NCBI RefSeq assembly: GCF_009914755.1
Contig: NC_060938.1
Direction: 5' to 3' (one strand)
Length of the DNA stretch: 64,000 nt
DNA from: the human T2T-CHM13v2.0 reference genome, Homo sapiens
Shown: piece after piece, positions 45,046 to 57,504 of the stretch
Position numbering within the stretch: the stretch's first letter is position 1
Layout: each line of letters begins with the position of its first letter
Program-made: the position numbers and the translations under genes
Notes under the pieces: generated by a model
Database searches by the model: none
Seen by the model: the letters and a program-made list of their open reading frames with translations, nothing else
What the model was told of the DNA's origin: nothing

Positions 45046-47884
45046 GTCTAAATAATTAGCTAATCAAATTTCTTAACCAAAGCAGACTTACTTGTATCTT
45101 ATGTATTAAAAAAATGATAAACATCTGGGACATCAAAATATTTTTGTTAAACAAATGTTGATTGTAATGGTGCTGATTCTACCAGAAAAATGTGTATTGA
45201 GAGTTCACCATTGAAACAATAACTGAGTTGTTTTTCCTGTAAAGATGACCCTCTGCATGTAATCATTTACACATTCTCTCCCTTCCCTCCCCAATGGTAA
45301 GCATTTATAGAACAACTGGCTAGGGTGGCAGGTGCAAGGGTGACTCCCTATGACTGAGGAGAACCCCAAAATTTTGCTCTGAGTGGGCTCACCATGATCT
45401 CATTGGCATTATCTTTTGCCCTGTCCAATTCAAGTTGCTCAAACAATATACTGTGTCATGGACAGTTCCTGGGCTGTCCTTGAACCTGAAGGATTGCCTC
45501 AGCCATCTCAACCTTCTTCTCATAGCATCACCTCAAACCCAGGGCTGAAGTCTAGAAGCCGCATTGTCACTTCCTCATCTGTTAACCATCTCTGTGGGCT
45601 GGAGGCAATCCCACCTCAGACTGGGATCATTCAGGAGCAGACGGAATGCCTTCTAAAAGTTGAATCAGTTAGGGTCACTTATATGCAAGGCATTATGCTA
45701 TATACTGTGAAATGTGCAAAAGAAATGTAACGGGTGGTCCTCATCTTGTGGGAATTGACAGTCTAAGAGAAAAATAATACATACACATGAAGAAATAACC
45801 AGTGATTCAAGGCAGAAAATTATACATTCTGAAGACAGTAAATGCTGTAGGAATTTAGAGGTGAGAAAGATGTCTCTGAATTGGGAGGGTCAGAGAAAGT
45901 TTTCCTGAAGGGTCACCCTGGCTTGGAAATGGATCTCATGGTGAAGTTAGAAGTTCAGTGGAGATAAAGAGGATTATGAAAGACATGCTTGAAAAATGGG
46001 GGGAAACCGGTCTGGCTGGGGTTGAGGCACTCAGTGGGAGAAAAATCAGAGATAAAGTTAGAAAGACAGGTTTGCCCGATTGTGACAGACCCTGATTACC
46101 AGGCTAAGGAAATGATACTTTGCTCTGTAGATAAATGGGGAGCTGGGAGGGCTTGTGAGACAAGGCCCCAGTGAACCCCCAAATCAGTTTCCTCTTTCCT
46201 CCATCCTGGCTTGTCTAAACGCATTGGTCTGGGAGCCAAGGATTCCAAATTTCTGTCAGTGCTGCCTCCTCCTGACCCACAGCTGTTCCAGGAAAGGTCA
46301 TGGGAATTCAAGGACCTGAAGAAAGTCCCACATCTGACCTCAACTTGCTGTATGTTTCACTTTCTCAGTCTACAAAAATGAGCCCATTACCTTTATTTAT
46401 CAAAGGACCAACAAAATTAGGATAACAGAACTTGGATCTGCTTTTGCTTGGAAGGGAACTCTCACGGGCTTTCCATTGGTATCCAGAGGCTGTGTGGAAC
46501 TCCGGAAGGCAGAGAGGCTTGGCTCTGAAGGGTAGGCACCAATCCAGGCCCGGCCCTCCTCTCTCCCTTCCCCCTTCACTCCCTCCCAGCACAGGCGAGA
46601 GGAAGCAGCAGCTGTTGTCCTGTGGGGAAGACAGGCAGAGGTCCACCTGGCACTGTTGGGATTTTCACAACACCCGCCCCAACTTAAACACACACACAAC
46701 AGCCTAAGGAGAAGCTGGGCCAACAGCAGTGACTTCGACGATAGAATGAGAAGGAAGCAGGGGTAGAGATTGCTGGTGTAAGGGACTTTTTCTTCCCTTC
46801 TGTCTTCTCTCCCACTGTTTTGTCTTCTGCTCTTGCTCTCTCTCTCAGAGTCTTTCTTCTCCTCCTGTGAAACTCCTGAACCAGTCCCTGGCCTGATGCC
46901 TGAATCTTTTTGTTCTTCCTAAACTTGTCCCCCTTCCTCCATCTTTTTCTGTTGCCCCATGAATGCAGTGAAGCCAAAATAGCAAAATCAGCCTACCAAG
47001 TACAAGGTGAAGCAGATCTTGGAAGCTGGATAATTTGGGCACACAAACAAAATCACCTCCCTTATCCAAATAATTGAGGCAAAACAAAGATTTCAGTTGA
47101 ATTGCACGTATGGTAGGTACGACTCAATTTCGATTTTCATGTGCAAACTTAAAACCTTACTCTCTTTTCCCTTTGGACTGAAGCAGCAGGGCCATGTTTA
47201 TTTCACTTTCACACAGTCCTAAGGCAGCCTTCTACGCAGCCCAGCATACTCGAGTTGAAGAGCAAACTAGGATAATTATAATATCAGGAAAACACAAGTG
47301 TAGAGGGAAATTTAAATCATGGCTTGAAAACATCCCACTCTAGGATAATGAGAAGTAGAAAGGAGACCAAGCTAGGCATTCAAATGAGCTTGCAGCCTTC
47401 CATCCAGCCTCCACTCCAAAGGCTAGACTGGCCTGTGCTGATACACATTTGATACACAGCCTGGTTTAAACCGTGGATTTTATCTCCTAACATTCATGTT
47501 TCTACGGCAGCAGGGGCATAATTCTCTATCCAGAACTTCTATCCAGAAGTTCAGCCTGCAAAGTTTGGGATACCTTAACAAAGAAGTGAACAGCTGCTCC
47601 CCCAACCAAGGCCTCGCTGAGGACAAACCAGAAGAGCCAGAGGCCTGTGTGAACTTGTTCTTGATTCTCTTTTGCCATCTAGTGGCATTTCTCATCTCCA
47701 GCACCACTTTTGCTTCTAAAGATCCTTCATCCTGACCCCCAACCCACAGCTGTGCTGTCCAGCTACTAAAATAATGTCCTCCTGGCCTCAAAACAAACTC
47801 CCCATCCTCCTGACTTAGAATCATAAATTCTGGACCAGAACACAAACTTTATGATCAGGATGGGTTGTGCGACTTCTCCACAGT

Positions 47885-48790
<906 letters not shown>

Positions 48791-50399
48791 CATGCCCAAG
48801 ATTCTGAGATTGCCTACTACTTACAGGTAAATTCTGAAAACAAAAATATTCCTCATCTCAGTTTTACAGGCCTTCTCACCCACAGAGGGTGATGCTTCTC
48901 TGCCTTGGTGTCTCGGTTCTCCTGAGTGTCATATTCCAAGCTCACAAGAGCTTGGAGTAGCACTGACCCAGATGCTCCACACAGCTGTAACCACCACAAG
49001 GAACAGGACATACAAGGTGAAGGAAGCACTAAGGCAGGATGTCGAGAGCAGCAACAGCATTTTAAACACAAACATTTGGGCAGTATTAAATTTTTGCAAT
49101 TTTCAATAAAAAAGGGAGGGAACAAGTGAAATTGAGAGGTGTTGGCTGCCTTCTCCAGCTAAAGCCATGTGGCCTTGGTTGGTACCTGGAACTGGAGAGG
49201 CCTGTGAATCATTGTGGAATGGCTTCGCTATTGGGGATGGTGCCAGGCCTCGTGACAGTGATGATTCATTCACCCACTTCCCTCGTGTCTGTTCCATCTC
49301 CTCCGAAAGATAACCAGTATCTCCAGATGACAAGGAACCAGACAAAGCATCTTTCTAGGCTGTCCTATCTGTGCCTCAGGTCAGAGAAGAAGCAACCCTT
49401 AACACCACAGTGATTGACTCTTCCCAGGATCAAGGGCCAGAAGTGTATATGAGAGGATATGAATGACAACTCTTCCTGAAATTGATTTCAGTTGACACCT
49501 GGGTCAGGTGCTCTATTAAAGAGTCATTAAAATCATGTGGCCAGGGAACAAATACAGTCTTCGAATGTGACGATTCAAGCTTCCTCATTGCTGAACATGT
49601 TTAGGCAGGTACAGGCATCCTTAGGTGTCCACGTATTTGGGACATGTAAGTGGAGAGGCATGAACCTGATTCATTTCCTGATCCAGTGATGCTCCCAGCC
49701 CACCCCCAAACAGACACAGCGTAGCCCGGGCCAGCTCTTAAGGAGTTCAGGAGTGAGAAGAGGCCCTCAGAGATCTGACAGCCTAGGAGTGCGTGGACAC
49801 CACCTCAGCCCACTGAGCAGGAGTCACAGCACGAAGACCAAGCGCAAAGGTGAGGCTGTGGCAGGATCTGGGGAGGAGTGAGGACAGAGAAGGAGGGATG
49901 GGTTCTGATCCTGAGAGTACACTCAGGTGAGCGATAAAATGGATAAAGGAGGGACTGGATTTAGGGGAGATGAGGACACGCATTGGGGAAAGGGGAGAGT
50001 GATGTTGGGGATGGAGGCAAAAAATGAAAAAGAATGGGAACACAGACGAGATGGGAATCGGGAGAGGATGAGACACAGACACAGGAACATGGAGACACAA
50101 AAGGGATGAGACTTAAGGGAAAGGGGAGAGGACAAAGAGTGACAGGCAACAGGGACAGAATGAAGGGAACAGAAATACAAGATGAGAGATGGGGCCACAG
50201 GGTTGTTGTTGGGGCTGCAGTGGATGTGGACACACAGAAGAAGAGGCAGAGATGAGACACAAAGTGAGGAAAGGAGACAACCGAGTAGGGAGATGGGTGA
50301 CTAGCTCATATGAGCAGGTATAAGAGGACTAATTTCTCAACTGAACACCTCTGTCCCAGCGACCCCTGCCCTCCATCCTGACTGCTCCTCCTAAGAGAG

Positions 50400-50870
50400 A
50401 TGGCACCGGCCAGAGCAGGATTCTGCCCCCTTCTGCTGCTTCTGCTGCTGGGGCTGTGGGTGGCAGAGATCCCAGTCAGTGCCAAGCCCAAGGGCATGAC
50501 CTCATCACAGTGGTTTAAAATTCAGCACATGCAGCCCAGCCCTCAAGCATGCAACTCAGCCATGAAAAACATTAACAAGCACACAAAACGGTGCAAAGAC
50601 CTCAACACCTTCCTGCACGAGCCTTTCTCCAGTGTGGCCGCCACCTGCCAGACCCCCAAAATAGCCTGCAAGAATGGCGATAAAAACTGCCACCAGAGCC
50701 ACGGGCCCGTGTCCCTGACCATGTGTAAGCTCACCTCAGGGAAGTATCCGAACTGCAGGTACAAAGAGAAGCGACAGAACAAGTCTTACGTAGTGGCCTG
50801 TAAGCCTCCCCAGAAAAAGGACTCTCAGCAATTCCACCTGGTTCCTGTACACTTGGACAGAGTCCTTTAG
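50400..50870 (+). CDS. RNASE7: Ribonuclease 7, antimicrobial RNase A family member (156 aa), single coding exon
   Basis: Signal peptide; [22 protein letters not shown] and PVHLD motifs; 8 Cys in the mature chain; non-coding exon donor at 49849, acceptor at 50359. Confidence 0.99.
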   Translation: MAPARAGFCPLLLLLLLGLWVAEIPVSAKPKGMTSSQWFKIQHMQPSPQACNSAMKNINKHTKRCKDLNTFLHEPFSSVAATCQTPKIACKNGDKNCHQSHGPVSLTMCKLTSGKYPNCRYKEKRQNKSYVVACKPPQKKDSQQFHLVPVHLDRVL

Positions 50871-53649
50871 GTTTCCAGACTGGCTTGCTCTTTGGCTGAC
50901 CTTCAATTCCCTCTCCAGGACTCCGCACCACTCCCCTACACCCAGAGCATTCTCTTCCCCTCATCTCTTGGGGCTGTTCCTGGTTCAGCCTCTGCTGGGA
51001 GGCTGAAGCTGACACTCTGGTGAGCTGAGCTCTAGAGGGATGGCTTTTCATCTTTTTGTTGCTGTTTTCCCAGATGCTTATCCCCAAGAAACAGCAAGCT
51101 CAGGTCTGTGGGTTCCCTGGTCTATGCCATTGCACATGTCTCCCCTGCCCCCTGGCATTAGGGCAGCATGACAAGGAGAGGAAATAAATGGAAAGGGGGC
51201 ATATGGGATTTGTGGACACAGCTGTTTCTGTTCCTGAACTAGAAGTCTTCCCCAGCTCTGACGTGGCAGTGAGGTGACCTGAAGGAAAGAAAAATATAAA
51301 TAAATACCACTTCATATTTGTATAGAATCCTCTAATCCCTTGTGACATAGACTTGACAGGGATTGTATGCCTTCTTTATGGATGAGGAAATTAAGGTTTT
51401 AGAAAGCTTAATGAATTAAAGAGCTTGTCTAATTAGTTAGTAGCAGAACCTGGACTTGAACCTAGGTCTCCTTGCTCTAAATACAGTGTACCTTCTACTC
51501 TACCAGTTGCGCAAGAAAGAAGTCACTGTTACAGAGGCAAGCGGTGAACTAGGTAAGAGTTCACTCATGAAGAAACGAGTGCTCTGAAGAGCCAGTTACC
51601 CTGTGTTGGCTGCAATAAAGGTCATTACCTCTCTAGCCAAGAGATTGTTTATGAGGTGCTCTGGCATTTTATTCCTTCTCTCTCTTCCTCTCTAACTGCC
51701 CCTCCCGTTTCTCTAGACCACTGCTCTTCCAACCTAGGCCCTGGACCTGGCTCTGGCCAGATCCCCTTGGCCTGAAGACATAAGGTAAAGGGAGTGTCTG
51801 AGCTTCATCCCCCAGATCCAGGATCACATTTCCTTTGACCTTAAGGGACTTCCGTGGCCCTGAGCCTGCTTGTCACAAACAGGCTGGTGGGAGCTGCCAG
51901 AGCTTCCTTCCTCCTGATAATGATCTCCCCTGCCTCATTGCTACCCTGGCTCTCCACTCTGGCAGTCTGCCCAGGCCTGAGGGGTTGAGATGCGAAAATG
52001 CCATTTCCCTGTCCCCCTGGGCTACAGATACCATTTCTCTCGTTCTGGGGACTGGAGCTGGAGAAGGTATGGCTTGGTATTGGCCAGTCCTGATGGTCTC
52101 TCCAACATTGCTTGACCAGCACCATCCCCTTCTTTCTTCCTTTATCTCAGTCCCAAACAAGCTGCATTGTGTCCCATGCCTGTTCTATTTCAAACCCAAA
52201 TTCATTATAAGACATTCCCAACCCTGCTGAGGATTCCACTCTACCTATCCCTCCCCATCAACTCCTGTGCTTTTTTACTACTGACCAGAGTCAGAGTAAG
52301 CTTTGGAGCCAGACAGAATCAGGTGTAAATCCTGACTCCCGTCTACATGACCTCGAACAATTGGCTTGTCTGTTTCTCTACAGCAAAATGTGAGGAATCC
52401 TACCTGCCAAATAGGATTCCAGGTAAAGATGTGGAAATGCTATCTATGAAACGCTTGTCAGCCCCAAGTACTGACAGGTGTTAGATCATAACTAGTAGTA
52501 GCAATATCCATCTTTGGAAAACACGCAGACCAAGGCAAATACCCCCACTAAGGTCTCCCGAGAGACTTCCTTCTGCCAGAGTGATGATCATGAGTGGGTT
52601 AGAGGACAAGCCCGCAGGCAGAGTCCTGGGAGGGCAGCCAGGTTGTCTGAGATGATGGGGAGAGAAAGTAAGGAAAGGATGATTAAAGGAAAGGAGAGCA
52701 GATCATTAAACAGTTCTAACAGAATGAGGGCCAATAAGTGGATGAGTTGGTCACAACAGCCAAACGACTGAGTGTAAAAACAACTGTTACCTGAAAACAG
52801 AACATTGCCATCATCGAATGGACTTCTGGGATTCTTGAATAAATCTGAAGTTTATCCAAAATCTGAATTTGTTTTGAACTCTTGTGGTCAGTATACTACA
52901 TTTACCATCCTAAAGAGATGATTTTCACTTGTGGTGCACAGAAAAGCAAGATACTTGGGGCAGCCGATTTTTCTCTTCATTTTATTCTTTTTTCACAACT
53001 CTATCTTCTTTATTGATGATCTTTCTTATGGATAATATGGTTTTAGAGACATTCTCCTCACAAAATTTAAAGTGGCTAAAATTATGCCTTCAATGCATCC
53101 TCCCAAAATAAGAAGAATTTCCAACTAAAACTTTTTCTTGAAACTTGACCTAATATAGCATTAAAAGTTGACCTAAATAGCATTAAATAACTAGAAAGTT
53201 CTGAAGTAACCTGTGGTGATACAGGTCAGAATAGTTGTAGCCTTGGGGAAGTATAACTGTGAAGGGGCATGGGGGAGCCTTCTGAGGACCTGGAAATATT
53301 CTATTCTTGGTCTGGATATGTTTCCTATGTGAAAGCTCATTGAACTGTATACTTAAGATTTGTTTCAAAAGGCAGCAGGTGGTCATAAAAATAAATAAGA
53401 AAAAAAGATTTGTGTATTTTATGTAAGTTATATCTCATTTTCAAAAAAGTCTTTCAAATATGTATACTTCTTAAGGGATTATTTTATTTACATAATAAAT
53501 CATAATACACCAATCAATTCTAAAAAGAGTAATTAAATCATAGATAGAATTATGATATAATCTAATTTCTATTGTTCTGTTCTGTACTATTTGTTAAATT
53601 AAATACTACTTGTGGTGTTTATTAAATTGTTGTAAATACATTGGGCTCA

Positions 53650-54025
53650 GCCAGGCACAGTGGCTCTCACTTGTAATCCCAGCACTTTGGGAGGCCTAAC
53701 CAGAGCAGCTTACTTGAGCCCAGGAGTTTGAGACCAGTCTGGGCAACATAGTGAAACCCCATATCTACAAAAAATACAATTAGCTGGGTATGATGACACA
53801 TGCCTGTAGTCCCTGCTACTCCAGAGGCTGAGGTGGCGGATCTCTTGAGCCCAGAAGGTTGAGGCTGCAGTGAGCCATGATCTGCACTCCAGCCTGGGTA
53901 ACACTCCAGCCTGGGCACCACTGCACTCCAGCCTGAGTAACAGAATGAGAGCCTGTCTCAAAACAAATACATACATACATACCTACATACATACATACAT
54001 ACATACATACATACATACATACATA
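53650..54025 (+). mobile_element. Alu (AluJ-like) with (TACA)n tail
   Basis: TSD atac(a/c)ttgg(g/t)ctcag. Confidence 0.85.
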
Positions 54026-54043
54026 CCTTGGTCTCAGAAAGTA

Positions 54044-54478
54044 CAGTTGGCTTTTGAACAACATGGAGGTTAAGGGTGCCTAGTGTACAGTCGAAAATCC
54101 AAGTATAACCTTTGACTCCCCCAAAACTTAACTACTAATAGCCTATTGATCACCTGAAGCCTTACCAATAACATAAACGTTCAGTTAACATATATTTTGT
54201 ATGCTATATATATTATGTACCATATTCCTACAATAAAGTAAGCTAGAGAAAAAAAAGGTGTCATTAAGAAAATCATAAGGAAGAAAAAAATATTTACTAT
54301 TCGTTTAGTGGAAGTGGCTCATCATAAAAGTCTTCATCCTCATTGTCTTCACGTTAAGGAGGCTGAGGAGGAGAAGGAAGAGGAGGGGTTGGTCTTGCTG
54401 TCTCAGGGATGGCAGAAGCAGATGAAAATTTGAATGTAAGTGGACTTGCACAGTTCAAATCATTGTTGATCAAGGGAC
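54044..54478 (+). mobile_element. Tigger2a/MER28-like Tc1-mariner element
   Basis: TA|cagttggcttttgaacaac...gaaaatcc...tgactcccccaaaacttaactactaatagcct...gttgatcaaggg. Confidence 0.78.
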
Positions 54479-57191
54479 ATAAGGTTCTCCCTAAAGTTAT
54501 CTAGCTAACACACTCTCTCCTATTATTTATATTATCGGTCAACTAATTTCCTATTTTTTAACCATGTGGAAATTTTAAATAATTGTTTCATATATAAGCT
54601 TTCACAACAATTAATAATAGCATCTTTCTTAAAAATAATAAATAATAATAAATACCCATTTATACTTCCACTGGCTGGTAGAATTTCAATATAATAATTT
54701 TTTTTTAAGCTCACAAGGAAAATTTCACTCCAGGTTACATCTAGAGTGCTCACCAATATTTGGAAGTAACTATTCAGATATTAACAATAAATCCAAATGG
54801 CCTGGCCTATTCTTATTAGTGGTGCCCTACCTGAATAGATTTGTCACTCAATCCTTCGTGTGACCTTGATCACAGCCAAGTTAAAGGATGCCAGGAATAG
54901 TGATGAAATAGGAATTTGACTATTCAGCCTTCCAAAAGCCAAAGCTGAGATACAAGAAGATAATAATTTGGGCCAAATACCAAGGCTGGCTGAACTGTGA
55001 TGCATTCCTACTTGAAAGCTGAAGAATGGGAAAAGGAGAATGCTTAATTATGAGATATTTATGTTTCTAGGGCTGGGAGCTTGGAGAGAGGAGGATGGTG
55101 TCCAGGGGAGCTTTGCCCAGTCTTGTGCAGATGGACTTAAATTGTTTCAACATGGAGTAAAGGAGCGGAAATGGAGTTCAGTAAAGAAAGTAACCCAAGA
55201 ACTGGAGCTAGATGAGCTGGCTCTCCTAGAAGGGAGACTATCTGAGGTAGACTGGGGAGGAGACTTTTCTACATGACTCTGGTTCCCAGAAGTCTCCACA
55301 CACTGAAGTAAATGAGCCCTAGACACCATGAAGAGGGCCAACAGAATCACTGTGAAGAGAAGGATCCTCAGCTCCAGGGATTTCCTCTGCCTACACCCTG
55401 CCCTTAAGATCAGGACCCTTTGGCCCTCTTCATAGTGTCTGGGGCTCTGGGGGATAACCCTTGAGCTATGGCACCAAAAAACATACCAGTAGCAACAACA
55501 TCCAGGGGGCCTTCTCTTCTCCTTGTGAGAGCTTCAACTCATTTCATCACATTTCTTCCATGCACCTGCACAACTGGGCTTCCAAAAGTGCTTCAAAGAC
55601 TTCAGAGCTTCATTCTAATGTCCTCCCCCTACCCCCACCCCACCATGAATGGGCAAAAAGAAGAGCAGTTATAGCTCTTATCAGGATGCTTACCTGTGCA
55701 AGACTCCAAAACCAGTAAGCTTGGGAACATCCACGGAGCCACAGGGACATGAGAAAGCCCACATTGCTAATGAGATCTTGTAAGAAGTCCACAGTTCATA
55801 AGAGGAAAGGTAAATAAAAATGTGTGCTCGTGATGAAAATACACACTGTGATAGAACGCCTCTTAGCTTAGGGAGGTGGGAGTTTCCCCATCTATATAAG
55901 CTGATCTCAAACTCCTGAGCTCAGGTGATCTACTCTCCTCAGCCTCCCAAAACTGCTGAGATTACAGGTGTGAGCCAATGCGCCTGGCAATAATGTTACC
56001 AACAGATGGTTTTTGGGCTTGAATACCTTCAGGGACATGGATCTTCACTACCACTTCACAAGAGTATAATGTGGATTAAAAGTAACAATACATATAAAGC
56101 ACTTAGTACAGTGACTAGCATGTAGGGAAAGTTTGAATGGTGTTAGCATTTCTATTTATCATTGTGGTGTCAAATGTTGAGTGGTCAAACCTGTGATGAA
56201 TGGAGCAGGCCTGACTTCCGTGACAGAAGAACAAAGGATTTAAACAAGGGAGGCCAAACTCCTCCTCATCCGCCTCTTGCCAAAAAGCTCCTAGCCAAGA
56301 GTAGATAAGGGAAGGTTCAAGGTCAGACAAAAAGGACAATATGTATTAGTTTCTGTAGATAAGGTTATTTGGGAGGAATGGATGGGTACTTTGAGTTGAA
56401 GGAGAAGTAAAAGGGGGCTTTGGAGAATTTCTGTTAAGATTACTTAAGGGAAGTTTTTCTCCTCTGCAACCTCTGTGAATTTATGAATCCAAAGATATGA
56501 AAATAAGTTGGAGGACTTAGGACCACTAACTTTTGAGGGTGCCCTCTGTATTCCCTCCCATCCAAAGGATTTGATTATTGCAGCAATTGATGGAGACAGG
56601 GCTCTAGTGACATTTCCAACTTCCCCTCCTGAGATATTTAAATTAGTCCTTAGGAAGGCTTACTATCCCCTCACTTCCATCGTGGAAGCCTCTTATATTT
56701 TTCCCACCCTCTGATTCAGCTCCATTTTCTGGTTCATTTTTCATCACTCAAAACCTCCACCAACGCCTGTGACTCATGTCCAGTGGATTGGTTATAGCAG
56801 AAAAACATTGTGGTCATTACTTTCTATGGTTTTTTCATAGAAACTTAGTTGAACTTACACATTTAAAACATAAACTAACTGTGGTGTGAATTAGTACAAA
56901 TTCCTGCTTGGGTCGTGGCATTTAGCACAAGATGAAATTTCCTATCTCCATGGCTTTAGGGCTCTCCCAGTAGTAATCATAACATTATAATGCTGCAAGA
57001 CATCTTGTCCAGTGTTCTCGGAGATCATCTAGTCATGCCTTCCTCATGTTGCAAATGAGCAAAATAACCCTGAGGACTTAAACACTTTGCCCAAGATTAC
57101 ATGAATAATTTAGGCAAGAACTCGGGCTTTTTTGAACAAGCCTTGTGATATTTACAAAGTGGCATTCAATATCAAATGGATCTCAGACATC

Positions 57192-57504
57192 TTTCTTCTT
57201 TTTTTTTTTTTTTTGAGATAGAGTCTTGCTCTGTCACCCAGGCTAGAGTGCAGTGGCACGATCTCGACTCATTGCAACCTTGTTGAGCTTTTTGGCCTCC
57301 CAGGTTCAAGCGATTCACCTACCTCAGCCTCCTGAGTAGCTGAGATTACAGGTATGCACCACCATGCCCGGCTAATTTTTGTATTTTTAGTAAAGACTGG
57401 GTTTCACCATGTTGGTCAGGCTGCTCTTGAACTCCTGACCTCATGTTCTGCCTGCCTTGGCCTCCCAAAGTGTTGGGATTACAGGTGAGCCACTGTGCCC
57501 AGCC
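57192..57504 (-). mobile_element. Alu (AluS-type)
   Basis: TSD caga(c/t)atctttc; 14-nt non-Alu patch at 57281-57294. Confidence 0.88.
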
